A stretch of DNA of 64,000 nt from Camelus ferus. Its lineage: Eukaryota. A program made the position numbers and the translations under genes. The notes under the pieces are model-generated. The model saw nothing but the letters and a program-made list of their open reading frames with translations, was not told the origin of the DNA and did not search any database. Below are positions 40,551 to 54,566 of the stretch, piece by piece. Positions within the stretch are counted from its first letter, which is position 1; the number at the start of each line of letters is the position of its first letter. The stretch lies in assembly GCF_009834535.1 (NCBI RefSeq), contig NC_045696.1, positions 62,002,001-62,066,000 of the forward strand, in the 5' to 3' direction.

Positions 40551-42593
40551 ACAGAATAATGAAATCTATGTAAGCTACTTTGTTTTCTTTACCATACTAT
40601 AAGAAAGCAACCTCTAATTCAGATCCAATTCAGGAGCAAGGGGTTCTTTTCTTGAGGGCTTTTGAAACTCATCTCTACTACTTTTTTGGGTTCTTAATTC
40701 TTATGGCTCTAATGGATTCAGACCTAATTGCTACTTTGTTTTATTTTCTTTTTAACCTGAAGAGATTTTCTTGTTTTTGAAATGATGTGTTATAAATAAA
40801 CAAATAAACATATTAATCTATGCTTTCTGTGCCTGTACAGTGCAGCAGGATTATACATATGCATATCCTGCCAACTTTACTGGAAGTTCCTTTTTATGAG
40901 TAAAAATAAAACCCTTATCTGCAGTTCCTGTTCTAAAGGTTATTTGTACCATTTTTAATTTTTTTTTTGCTAAAAGTCTACCAGTCTTTATCAAAGAAGT
41001 AGTTTTAACATCGTTAATTTATTAAATTTTATGTTATTTTTCTGCTTTTATTTTTATCAATTCTTTCTTTAGACTTTTTAAAGCTTCCTAAGTTGAATGC
41101 CCAGTTATTTATGCTTATTACTTTTTTCTATTTTTAAAAACACCCATTAAAGTTAATAAATTTTTCTCAGCATATGGCTTGGCCAAATCCCAAAACTGCC
41201 ACATTGGCCTCTATATTTGTTCATTTGTTTATTTCTAAAAAGCCTGAAATTTTATTCTGGAAAACATTTTCAAGTCTGTACTTATACAGCTCTTCTGGTG
41301 TTAATATGCAAAATTTTTGGTTGTGACCTCATAATTTCTGCTTTAAGGAATTTAAGATTTCCACCATTAAGCTTTCTCAAAAGCTAGGTATTTAGTAAAT
41401 GTCCCTGACACTTAATGTCAACTCATGATTTACTGATATCTGGTAAGGATTACAGGTAGCATGGAGTGATTTTAAAAAGGTAAAAAGTTAGAGGGCCATA
41501 TGAACCCCAAATGACTTTATTCCTAAACCTTCAATAACTTGCAACTGATAATTTCATGTATAGAGAAAATTCAATAACATCATTAAACACATTCAAACTG
41601 GGCTTCTAAATGCCAAGAGCACATTACCAAACCCACAAATTATCACTTCATTAAAGCAAAAGTAAAAAAAAAAAATAATAAAAAGAGCCAATGTTGGTGT
41701 AATATTTTGAAAAACAATACGGCTTCCAGCAAAACCACAAAATGGTTGGTTTGCTTAGTTTTCCTTTTATAGTATCTTTACAAAATGTGGCTTCCAAAAG
41801 GAAAGAAATGCTTGGCTATTGGGTTTATTACTCTCAATTAACAGGATAAAGTGAAAGATAAAATTAGAGAAGAAAGAACAATTTTTAGATAAAATATTAC
41901 AGATAAGACATCTGAGTTTTTTTCCCTTTAAAAACAGAAAATAGATTTAGAACACTTCTTGAGAACTGTCATTGCTATTACTTCCTAGTTTTGTAGTCCT
42001 ATTAACAAATCAGTATTGTGTATGGGGGGGAAGGGTGAAAGCTGTAGAAGAAACTAGAAGTGGACTGGGGCCTGATTGTGAAAGGTCTTGAATGCTTTCC
42101 TGATGAATGAAAAACATTCTCGAAAGTTTTGAGCATCAAGTAAGTTTACTAGATTTTCCAGAAAAAGAACCGTGGCAGTATAACAGAAATAGAGAGAAAC
42201 CAGAGAAAAGTAAACTGGTAAAGAAGTTATGGCAACACTTTGGGTAAAAGGCAAAAATTCCAAAGACATTTAAGAATAGCTGGTAAATTCCTCAATATTT
42301 AAAAAAAAAAAATCTTAATCTTAGTGGGGAAAAAGCTTCATAAAGCCATAACTAAGAACTAAGAACAGCTGATCTATATAAACTTGATCAGAGAAAAAAA
42401 AAAAACAGATTATATAACATATAGCAAAGGTGAGTTTTATTCCACTTATCTAATCTGGTTTGGGACCAGAACTGAGCTACCTTAACTAAATTATGTTTTA
42501 TAATATGTCTTATTATCTGGTAGGGAAATCACCCACAATACTTTTCTTTTAAATTTTACTTAGTTATTCTTGAGTTTTTAACTTTTCTATATG

Positions 42594-42812
42594 AACACTG
42601 TCCAAAAGAAGTTTCTGTGATGATGAAAATGTAATATAATCTACCTTGTCTAATGTAGGAGTTACTATCTACATATGGTTACTGACTGCTTAAATTGTGA
42701 CCAGTGCAACAGAGAAACTATATTTTAAATTTTATTGAATTTTAATCAATTTAAATTAAATTTAAACACCAACATGTGGCTAGTGGCTACTATTTTTGGA
42801 TGGCACAGCTCT
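42594..42812. mobile_element. MER3-like hAT-Charlie MITE
   Basis: ctgtccaaaagaagtttctgtgatgatgaaaatg..catgtggctagtggctacta..ggatggcacag. Confidence 0.8.
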
Positions 42813-44027
42813 AGATGAATCATTAAGTCCAACTCTATCCCTCCAAAACACACACACACATTCTCTCTCCTCCTTCTGCCTCCCTTTCCTCTCTCCTCCC
42901 CTGACCTGAAACACACATTCTCTTTTTTGGTGCTATGCTTGGCACTATACCAAATTTATACATTAATCTTGGAAAAATTATGACCTCAACTTTATCTTCC
43001 TGTTCAGCAACAAATTCTCTTCTGTACTTACTCAGGTATTCTCTTACGCCATCAGTAAAGCTGTGTAGTTTTCTTACTACAAACTCTATACATTTCCTAT
43101 TAAGCTAATTGCTAGGTATTTTGTATTTTTGTTGATAGAATTAATGGACTCATTTTCAAATGGTTGTTGCTAGTATATTGGAATAGCATTTATTGTGTAA
43201 CTTTCAAGTTGTATAAGCTTTCTAAAAAATATGATTTGCTTTAGTTATGGATAACATGCCATAAAGAAGCAGAAGAAAATTTATAATACATATATCCTCA
43301 GTCCCTTATTCCCAAAGATTTTAATTTTCTAAACAGCCTGCACTAATATATCCAAACAGGACACACAGATCCTAATACATAATAGGTATAAGATTGTTTA
43401 AAGGAAGATAAAAAGAAGTCTAATTTATTAATTCCCTGTCATTTAGGTGCAATTTAGGTTCTAACTATAGAGTAATATAATGAAATTCAAGATTTTATTT
43501 ATCAACATTCATATGACTATTAATGCATAATCTCAGGCAATTAAAAACCTCAAAGTCTATATCACCATAAGGTAAGAATCTAAAAATAAAAATGTATTTG
43601 AGAGAAGAAAATTTTCTTCCTAATGAAATACGAACATTACTAAATATAAAGTATTAACCCCCAAAGAATTAAAAAATTTCCCTAAATAATGAACAGCCAT
43701 TAAGCTAAATTTTAAAATACTGCAGTCATCAATTACACTACACATGCTGAAGCTTTCAGTATATAGAAAGTTTCCAAAGCAAAATTAAATTTTCCTAACC
43801 ATCACTCTTCATGGTCTGTCATAAAGAAAATAAGGATAGAGGAACAGATGGGAATTATTTCAACAAATTACTTCATTTCTATCTCATTACTGGACCAGTA
43901 AGAACTCTAGAATTTTTGCTTTTAATTTTGCCTTCCCTTAACATTCTACTGTTTAGGAAAGGAACAGGCCTGAACAGAGAGAGATTCAAATCCAATGACA
44001 ATGAAGTTATAACCTCAATTAATACTT

Positions 44028-44101
44028 TATTATTATTATTTTTTAACTGAAGTATAGTTGATTTACAATGTTGTGTTAGTTTCTGGTGTACAGCGTAGTG
44101 G
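44028..44101 (-). mobile_element. Very short lineage L1 3' end
   Basis: tgaagtatagttgatttacaatgttgtgttagtttctggtgtacagc; TSD attaatactt at 44018-44027 and 44102-44111, followed by aaaa (TT|AAAA site). Confidence 0.85.
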
Positions 44102-44129
44102 ATTAATACTTAAAATTGAGTATAATATA

Positions 44130-45120
44130 TCATACTTAATGGTAAAAGACTGAATGTTTTCTCCCAAGGATCAGGAACAAAACTAGTTGCAAAAGCAACT
44201 TCTATTAAACATTTTAATGGAGGTTCAAGCCAGGGGAATTAGGCAAGAAAAATAACTAAAAGGCATCCTGATTGGAAAAGAATAAGTAAAACTATCTTTG
44301 TTTGTAGAACATGATCTTACATAGAAAATCCAAAGGAATGTACACACAAAAAACCATTAGAGCTAAAAGAGTTTATTAACATTGCAGGATAGAAGGTCAT
44401 ACCCCCAAATTCATTATATTCCTATACACTAGTAATGAAAAATCCCTAATAAAATCATGAAAAGAACTCCATTTACAATAGCATTAAAAGAATAAAATAC
44501 TTAGGAATAAATTTAACAGAAGAAGTGTAAGACATGTACACTGAAAATTATAAAACATTATTAACAGAATTAAAGATGTAAATGAATGGAAAGACAGTCT
44601 GTGTTTGTGGACTGAAAGACATAATATTGATAATATGACATTAATCCCCATATACTTGTCTACCAATGCTTACCACAGCATTATTCATAATATCCAAAAG
44701 TGGAAATGACCCAAGAGTCTGTCAAGAGAAGGATGAATAAACAAAATGTGGTGTGTACATATAATGAAAAATAATTCAGCCATAAAAAGGAATGAAGTTC
44801 TGACATGCTACAACATAGGTGAACCTTGAAAACATTATGCTAAGTGAAAGAAGCCAGACACAAAAGGCCACATATTGTATAATTCCATTTACATGAATGG
44901 ACAAAGCCAAAGAGACAGAAAGTAGATAGTGGTTGCCAGGGGATGAGGTAAGGGCAGAATGAGGAGTGACTACTAATGGGTACAGGGTTTCCTTACAAGG
45001 TGATGAAAATGTTCTGGAAATTTGAAAGTGGTGGTGATGGCACAATGATGTGAATAACTAAAATCACTGAATTGCACACTTTAAAAGAGTAGATTTTGTG
45101 GTATGTAAATATCTCAAGAA
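44130..45120 (+). mobile_element. L1MB-type ORF2 pieces plus 3' UTR
   Basis: gatcaggaacaa; gaaccttgaaaacattatgctaagtgaaagaagccagacacaaaagg. Confidence 0.8.
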
Positions 45121-45959
45121 AAAAATTTTTCTAAGGTGAAACAGCTGAAAAAGGAAAGATATAATACAAATTCAAGTTGAAACAATGAGCTAATCCATTT
45201 TAAACATTATGCCAACAAAAGATAAAAAGTTTATTAACACATCATGCTAGTGGGGGGTAAAAATATTGATAATTTTTGTTGAAGTATAAATGGGTATAAC
45301 TCTATGAAGTGTGACTTAGCAATAATGATCAAATCTAAAACTTGACACACTGAGCAATCTATGCATATGAATATATTCTGATTATACAGCTGCATATACA
45401 CAGAAAAGTATACAAAAATTATCAGTAGGGCATTGATTTTTATATGGTAAAAGTTTAAAAACAACACATATGCTTGCATTTGCACAGAATGTTTATAGAA
45501 GGATATAAATATATACACAAAATTACTAATACTTAACGCCTTGGGCAAGACGAACTGGAAGACTGGGAGCAGGGGTGGAAGAAAGATTCACTTTTCACCA
45601 GATACACTTTTATCTATTTAAAATTTTGTACAATGTATATGCATTACCTTGTTCAATAATTACTTAATTTTGGGAAGTGTGGTGATGACAGTCAGGAAAA
45701 AAAAACGTGTTCTAAGGCAACAGCTGCAATTTTTATTTTTATTCATTGATACATAGCTAGTATTAAATGATCAGGAATTAACAAAGGAATAGTAAGTTTG
45801 AAAACCATTCAGGGATATATTTTAAGTTTCAGAATTAAACTAAATAGTCATAAAGAATAGTTACTACTTAAATATTTTACAAAGTGTTCTTTAAGAATGA
45901 TAAAGTAGCACACTCTGACAAACCTTGCTTAAAGTAATTGGAATTTATCTTATTTCCTT

Positions 45960-46490
45960 ATGTAAAGAAAAGGGTTAATACATCAGGCCTAAGGCTCTAT
46001 CTCTAGAAGAGTTTAAGCAGGCATTTGGGAAATTGATTTTGGCAGTGTTCCTATCATTCCCTAACTGAAAAGGTTATTTACTATAGCTAGATTTTGCAGA
46101 GACAATGCATTTTTTGCTGAACACCTGCTTTCCTTCTGAGAGCTTGGAAATTTGGTATGTGCTGGACAGAGGGTGCCTATGTGACCAACAGCCAATAAAC
46201 AACTTCAACTGGAGTCCATAATGGGCTTCCTTGGGCAGAAAAACTGCATACATGTTGTTGCATTTTCATTGCTGGGGAAAAGAGCATTTGGTGTGACCCA
46301 TCTTGGGAGGAAGAAAGTGGAAGGAAACCTAAACATGGATTCCTCTAGACATACAGCCCTGTAATCTGACTGTAGATCCCAACTTATCCGTGACTTATCA
46401 CATGGCTGTAATAAATCTTATCCATGAGTACTATATTCTGAGCCTTGTGAGTCTTAGCAAATCTCCCAATATGGATAGTGGCCCCAGCAT
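45960..46490 (+). mobile_element. ERVL-type solo LTR (MER68/MER77-like)
   Basis: gctgaacacctgctttccttctg..cagagggtgcctatgtgacc..ctgtaataaatctta. Confidence 0.65.
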
Positions 46491-46910
46491 ATCTTGCTCA
46501 GCAGGAACATTTTTTTTTTAATAACATGTCATACAAACCTGAAATTAAACAACTTTTACTCTAAGTTGGCTGCTTCTATGGAAATCTTGCTTTTAATTTG
46601 TTGATATTTCTGCTAAAATGCATGTGTATTTATTTTCTTTGATATCATTTTCTTCTATATTAACCTTTCAGTTGAAAGGGTTTTAAAATCAAAATATTTA
46701 ATGACCGACTCTGCCCTTAAGCAAAACATAAGTCAACAGAAGAAAACAGTGAGAGAGAAAGAAATGTGAAGAAGAAAATATTGACAGAAGAACGAACAAA
46801 ATTCTGCTTAAGTATTCTGTATCAGTGTGAAAGGTGACATTGCCTGCAAAGAGTATTTTTGGTTCGTATTACGTATTATTATTTGAAGTTTTCAAAAATC
46901 CCCCCAATTT

Positions 46911-47040
46911 CTTGTAGTGAGCTGTAATGGAAAAGAATCTGAAAAAAAATATGTATGTGTAAGTATAACTGAATTGCTTGCTGTACACATGAAACTGATA
47001 TTGTAAATAGACTATACTTCAGTAAAAAATAAGAATATAA
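46911..47040 (+). mobile_element. Short lineage L1 3' end
   Basis: cttgtagtgagctgtaatggaaaagaatctg..actatacttc; approximate TSD tcccccc?aa(a)ttt on both sides. Confidence 0.8.
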
Positions 47041-47746
47041 AAAGTTCCCCCAAATTTGATATATCATATAAATAAAACAGAATAAAAAGCCAAGTAAAAT
47101 GTTTTAAAGCACAGACTGAAATTAACTACAATTCGAAAATAGAAGAAAAAGATTTTTACAGTCTACCATATTATGTACCATTTGACTTTTTAAAACAGTG
47201 CAGGCACTACTTCTAAAACATCTCCAAAGATATTTTACCTTGGGGTGAAAAATGTTAGATTCTGTTGTTCTGGCTACTTACTTTAAGGGAGGAAGTTTTG
47301 TTTTGTTTTTTTAAACAAAATAAGTTTAGAGACAAGCACTAATCAACTTAAAGTCATAAAATTATAACTAATTATTTTAACATGTGAACACACATATAAA
47401 CCTGGTCACTAAATCTAGTCACCCAATTAGACTTCAAAAATGATTCTGAACATATGGCATTGTGTAAATGACCACTGGCCAGAGACAGCCTTTAGTGAAA
47501 GTTATTCATTTTAATTTAAAAATAAAACCATAAATCTCTATTTCAACATTTCTGCTTTGTACAAGTATAGAAAAAACCAACCAAAAATGGACAAAATTGC
47601 TTCATTTACTTTAGTAATTACAGCTCAGTGATAGAATATTATATTTATAATGCATTAGAGAAAATAATTCTGTGATCTTTGTACCTGTTTCAAAACCTAA
47701 ACAGGAAAAACAGAATTATTTAAATGTGGGGAGGAGTGGAACTTAC

Positions 47747-47800
47747 GTAAGTTGATGTTTCCAAGCTATCTGTGTTGACCAGTACTGGAGGAGGATTTGC
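47747..47800 (-). CDS. DLG1: DLG1 alternative exon I1B (ANPPPVLVNTDSLETSTY, 18 aa)
   Basis: Acceptor ttctttctttaag|GCA with upstream ctaac branch-point-like motif, donor TAC|gtaagt; 54 nt, phase 0-0. Confidence 0.96.
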
Positions 47801-48939
47801 CTTAAAGAAAGAATTGTAAATGTGTTAGGCTTAATATGAGAATTCACATATTACACATTAACATTCACAAATGTTAGAAACATATGAAAGATCTGCTATT
47901 TCTTAAAATTATAATTTTACATAAATTCCACATGTTAAACAATGCATACGGTTTCTAGCACCAATGGAAGAATTAGGTATAGGCAGTTAAGTGATACTTG
48001 CTTTTGAGAAATAAATGATTACTTCTGCTAAATCAGACACAATTTTCTTAAGATTTGCAAAGAAGTTTACCAAGCCTTCTCAGAAAATCCACAAATATTC
48101 TCTAGTATAACAAATAACTGCAAATTGCTTAGAATTCATTTGCTATTCTAGTGTCAAGGATCCCATGAAGAGTCCAATCATTTTATCATCCAGAAAAAAA
48201 AAATTCTGACCCACACCGAACTCTGTTTAAACACCCACACACCCCCACACACAAAAGCCATACAAAGAAATCAATTCCAAACTTAACAGAATACTGGAAA
48301 CATACTCAATGTAAAAGCCATCAATTATGATCAACTACAATGACTGCTTTCCATCTGTTATTCTAGACCACTCACAAATCAATAATGGTCAAAAAGCAAA
48401 ACAAAACAAAAAACCAAGTAGAATAACATAGGTCTAATTCGACTGAAAACAGCTTGGTCTATTAAGTAGGTGCAATTAAGTTTAAAGAATAAAACACAAT
48501 TAATACCAAATAAAAAACATACCAGACCATACCAGAAGACTGATGTTATTCCTTTTAAAATTATCTTTCTTCTGTATATTTAAGAGCATAAAAGTACAAA
48601 GTCAAATGACATTTTCAGAGAATCAAAAAGATGATTATCCTTTAAGTAAAGTTTAAGATATGTTTATAAGCATTAACACTTCTTCTATTCCATTAACTAA
48701 ATAAATAATCAGACATAAAAGTTGCATGAAAGAAACATTATATACAAAATAACCATTTTCTTCCAAGCATAAGGGCTTTTCTAACAGATGGATATTCAAA
48801 TGTTTTATATTATTTTCAGCAAGTACTAGATCTGTATGATCAAATGATAAAATGCTAAAGACAATACGTTTACATGCTTAAATAATTGTACAGTATGCAT
48901 CTGAGCTACAGGAAGCAGCAAGTTAAAAATGAGTAGGAA

Positions 48940-49078
48940 CAAGGATATACTGTATAACACAGGGAACTATATTCAGTATCTTTTAATAAACTATAGTGGA
49001 AAATAATCTGAAAAAAAAATATATAACTGAATCACTGCTGTACAGCTGAAACAATTAAAAAACCTGAAAAAACAAACA
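48940..49078 (+). mobile_element. Short lineage L1 3' end
   Basis: cacagggaactatattcagtatctt..aactgaatcactgctgtaca; approximate TSD aaaa(a/g)tga(g/a)tagg. Confidence 0.8.
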
Positions 49079-52000
49079 AAAGTGAATAGGGAATATTTTA
49101 TTAAATATAAACATGACATTAACTACTTTATGTGCATAACTACTATATATACCTTTGAATATAATAGTCTATTTTCAAACAACTCAGTGAAAACCAAACC
49201 TAATAGGTAAAAATACCATTTGTGAGATAGCTATTTAAGTATAGCGAGTCAAAACGTTTGAGATTTTACAAATATTTGAAATTGTTCCTTTTCCAATGAC
49301 ATATTGAGATTCTGCAAATTGATAATATTTTAATTCATTAAAAAATTAATGGTACAACTTCATCTTATTTTGCTTAAGCAATTACAGAGGTGGGCAAGAA
49401 AGAATAAGGCTATTTAAAGTTACAAAGAAGTTACATTCTTCAAAAATTATGGCAAGAAAACCATTTGGTCCCCTCTGCTCATTTATTACCAAAAATAGTG
49501 GAAAAAGTTGGTTTTTTATCAAAATCAAATTTATACTAAAATTATCACAATATAGCTCTGCTCATGATCACGAACTCATCATCACTGTATACAAGTTATC
49601 TTGATTTTAGTCATAGAAAGATCTATGTGATATTTGAAATACATAGAAATGAAATGATACAAAGTGTTAAATCTACTTCAAACTAAAACAATGACAATGA
49701 GAGGTTAGAAGGAGGGGTTATGGTTCATAAAAGAGTGCATGAGTTGAAGGCTTTTGTACTTGGGTGATAAGTATACATGGGAATTCAATGTACTACTCCC
49801 TTTACATTTGAGGATTTTTGAATTTTTTCATAAAATACAGCAATCATAAAATACGGCAAAACAATTATATTGAGTCAAGTACTTAGTGTGAGAGGTTAAT
49901 AACTAAGGCAGTTGTGAAATACAGGTTAGAGTTGCTATTAAGATATTAGCATTCATGTCATAAAATTAATTTCAGTTTTAAAGTTCAGTTCTGAATAAAG
50001 AATAATACAGACTAATAAAAAGAATTTATAATTCTGACTTAATAGATATGATGAGGTAACTAACATATGTACAATAAGTTAATTTGTAGATGTATGTTGG
50101 AATTAATATGAGTGAATGATCATACTTGAAGAGAAACCATGGGATTAAAGGACTTGAAATTGAACAAAAACTAGGAATGTTCACATTGGGGATTAAGTAA
50201 GAATTTCAGTTAAAATTAATGTCAGGAGGAATTCAGCTCTTTTGAGCACAAGCAGGCCCATTTTCTTTGCTTGGCCCTGCAATAAACCTTTCTCTGCTAC
50301 AGAAAAACACAACCACACACATACACAAAAACAAAAACCCCTAAAGTCAGGATAAGACAACCTAGCAATTTTTAAAAGACATGTCACAAAATACGGCCTA
50401 AAATAACAGCCTATATAAGTGAAGCTCAAGAGGTATGATGTGATGACCTCAAGTTTAGCCACCCAAAATGATAAAAGTATTTAAGACTGTTAGCAGGTAG
50501 AAAATTAAAACATTTACTGTGGAATACATTACACCCTGACTTACTAACTTGAGATCTTCCAAATTCTTTTATTACAGCATACAGAAATGGTATCTGACAA
50601 AGTAGTACTCCATTCCCCTTAAATTCGGAGGTGGCAGGAATGGGGCAACACAAAAGGCTTGGAGGGTATGATGCACAACTCAGAAAGAGACAATACTCTA
50701 GCACCAAATCTGAAGAATAGGCTACTTCTGAAGGAAGAGATACATAAAAGTTTGGCCATGGAATCTGCTACTTTCAGACAGCTGAAGTAAAGGACACTAA
50801 AAATCAGTAGCAAATCTGGCTAGCTTACTACCTTGGGATCTGTAACCAGGACAGAGGGCAGCAGAACAGGTAACACAGAATTATCTGCTTTACTTAGGGA
50901 AGAATTTAAACAACAGCAACAAGACTTGAGAAGAATCTACGTGAAAGTTATTTCCAATGAAGAAAAACCCTTCTCTGCACCTCAGTTTAAATGACACTTA
51001 TGAAATAGTTCTAGATCTCTCTACCTCACTCTATCATTCAGTGGCTTTGAATGTACAAGTAAATCACAAGGGTTATTGAAATTTATTTTCTCCATCTATA
51101 AAGAGACTGCAAAACATGCCTTTAGCCATGAGGACTGTGTGAGGACCCAGTAAAGTAACATAAAAGAAAATACGTTGTAAACCACAGAAATCTACTGCTA
51201 ATCTATTATTTACTAACAATACATAACATTGTATATGTTTTAACTTAGAAAATAATGAAGTCCTATATTTCACTTAGAAATGGGGGGTAGTTAGTAAAGG
51301 GGAGGGATATACCTGAAAGAGAAGCTAACAAATCTCTAAAGAATCTGACCAAAGTATTAGTAACAAGACGTAAACATAATTCTGCTCATCCAACTTTTAC
51401 TACTTTATTTAGTTAATAAAAGGCCTCACAGGGTCTGCTGCTGTAACATACTGCAACGTTCTTATATCATTTCAGAGGGCAATATTATATTTTAAAACAT
51501 TTGTGTTAAAATAATTCTAAGATCTAGTTATTTAATAGGCCAAAATTAGGAGTTCAGAAAATGCTTTTAGGCTGTACACTGTATTTCTCCTTCTTAGCAT
51601 TTATCAAAGTTTCATTATGTTATTGGTTTACTGTCTTGCTCTTTCTCCCCTACTAAATTATAAACAAGCGTTTTTCAAATGCAGAACTCACAAACCCCAG
51701 AAAGTACATCTTGGATTCTAATTTGAGACACACTGCATTAAAAGTTAAATGCTATCACTTAGGTGAACGCTGCAAGTTAAAATGACTGTAAAAACAAATA
51801 GGATGAATTCTGGGAAGATGGCAGAACAAGACCCACAAATTTGTCTCTTCACCTAGGTAACAACTGCACTGGCAGAATGCAACTGCCAGTGTGATGTAAC
51901 TATTTTGGAATTCTGTAGTCTGTTGAAGGCCTGGAACTTCCAAGGGAAGTATTAGGCGGCAAATTGTGGTTCATCCAGTCAATTTCAGCTCTTAGCACAG

Positions 52001-54439
52001 TAGCAGCTACTCAATTCCCACCCCTCAGCCCTGTTACCAATAGCTGTGCAAGTGTTTCTGGAGCAGCTGGCACAAAGCTTGCACAAGCCAGGAGTGGGGA
52101 AAGGGGTGGGTGGAAAAAAAAGATTCTGTCCTCCAAATATAGGGAATCTGTGCTTTGATTGCTGCTTCTGATCATGGAGGTGCAAAGAGGCAGTAGCCAC
52201 TGTTGTTGAACCTCCCTCAATTGATGTAATCCCTCCCCCTCTGGCTAAAGTGACTTCCAGGAGATTTAAAGAGCAAGCACCTCCTCCCACAATTTCATTT
52301 TTTCTCTTTTTCCCCTTTTGAGAGCCAGACACTGAAGATTAGAATATTCAAAAGCAACCACATATATGAGGGAAATTAGAAAGTCACTGTGTATGCCTGG
52401 AGAAGGTGCAGGCACAGAAAAAAACTTGAGAAGACCTTAAGGTTATATCATAGGCTGATTTTCAGCAGAGAAATAGCCTACAGCAATCAAAAAACCAAAA
52501 CCAAACCAAACCAAAACAAAAACCCCCCAAACCCCAGTAAACTCTAGGAAAGAAGAGAATCTGATTTCCAGAGAACTCATAAGATTCAAACTTTTCATTT
52601 TCAATAACAACAACAAAAATCACAAGGCATGCAAAGAAACAGGAACATATGACCAATTCAAAACAGCAGGAAAAAAATACTCTCAAAAAGAGCTGCTGGC
52701 ATATCCACTAGAAAAATTATTTAAAACTATATTAAAGATATCCAAAGAACTAAAAGACAAGAGGAACAAAGTGAAGAAAAATGACATAAGAACAAAATGG
52801 AAAAAACAACAGAAGATAAAAAGCCTAAAGAGAAAACAAGAAAATTCTGAAAAGTATTAATAACTGAAATGAAAAATTCGTTGGAGTGATTCAAAGGCAG
52901 ATTTGAGCAGGGAAAAGAATCAGGGAATTTTTTAAGACGGACAACATAAATTATTAAGTCTGAGAACAGAAAGAAAAGGCAGAAGAAAAGTGAGCAGAGT
53001 CTAATGACTTGTGGGTCATTATTAAGCAGACCAACATACACACTGTGGGAGTCCAAGAAAAAGGAGAGCGTGATCAAGGGGCAGAGAGAATATGTGAAGA
53101 AATAATGACTATAACATTCCCAAATTTGATGAAAGATATGACTATAAACATCTAAAAAAGTTTAACAAACTCAAGGTAGGGTGAACTCAAAGAGATTCAC
53201 ACTCAGACATATAATCAAACTGCTGAAAGACAAAGGAAATTATGAAAGCAGCAAGAAAAAGTGGCTCAGTATGTAAGTCATCCTCAATAAGACTAACAAC
53301 AGATTTCTCATTAGAAACTCTAGAGATAAGAAAGCAGTGGGGTGGTATATTCAAAGTGCTAAAAGAAAAACACTGTCAACTAAGAACCCTGTACCTGGCA
53401 AAATTATCCTTCAACTATGAGGGAGAAATTAAGACATTCCCAGATAAACAAAAGCTAAAGGAGATCATTACCAATAGACTGGCCATGAAAGAAATACTAA
53501 AGGGAACCCTGCAGGTTGAAATGAAAGGAGACAAGACAATAACTCAAGATGTTTGAAGAAATAAAGATTTTGATAAAGATATATACAAAAAAGCTAGTAT
53601 TATTGTAACAATGGTTTGTAACAATTTTTTTGTCATCTACATGATTTAAGAGACTAATATTTTAAATTATATTTTAAAAATTAGTCTAAAAGCTAATTAC
53701 TAGTAGAGAAGTAAAGCCAACATTAGTAAATAACTAAAATCAATTATCAGTCCAAAAGCTAGTATTGTAGTAACTTTGCTTTGTAATTCTACACTTGTTT
53801 TCTACATAATTTAAAAGACAAATGCATTTAAAATTTATTAGCTTATGTTCTTCTACCTACAATGTATAAAGATGTAATTTTGTGACATTAACAACCGAAA
53901 GGGGTGGGGATGGAACTGTTAAAAAGAGCAGAGTTTTTGTATATTATTGAAGTTAAGCTGGTATAAATTCAAATTAGAGTGTTACAATTTTGGGATAGTC
54001 AATATAATCTCTATAGTAACCACAGAAAAAATAGCCAAAGAATATACACAAAAGGAAATGATAAAGGAATTTAAACATTCCACTACAAAAAAATTTATTT
54101 TACAAATAAAAACCAAGACAGTAATTTAGGAAGGAATTTATAATTTATAAGGAATACAGAAAACAAATAGCAAAATGAAAGAAGCCCCTCCTTATCAGGA
54201 ATTACTTTAAAAGTAAATGGATTAAACTCCTCAATCAAAAAAAATTGAAAGAATGGATAAAAACACATGTCCCAATCATATGATGCCTACAAGAGACTCC
54301 CTTGTGATCCAAAGACACAAGCAGGTTAAAAGTGAAAGAATGGAAAAACATATTCCATGCAAATGGTAAACAAAAGCCAGGAGTGACTACACTAATATTA
54401 GACAAAATAGAATTTAAATGAAAAAAGTTACAAGAGACA

Positions 54440-54566
54440 TTCAATACCTTGCAATAACCTATAATGAAAAAGAATATGAAAAAGACTATGTATACATGTG
54501 TGTATGATTCAATTGTTGTGCTGTATACCAGAAACTAGCACATTGTAAATCAACTATACTTCAATA
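54440..54566 (+). mobile_element. Short lineage L1 3' end nested in the host L1 EN region
   Basis: Imperfect TSD aaaaaagtta(caa/t)gagaca at 54421-54439 and 54567-54583. Confidence 0.85.
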
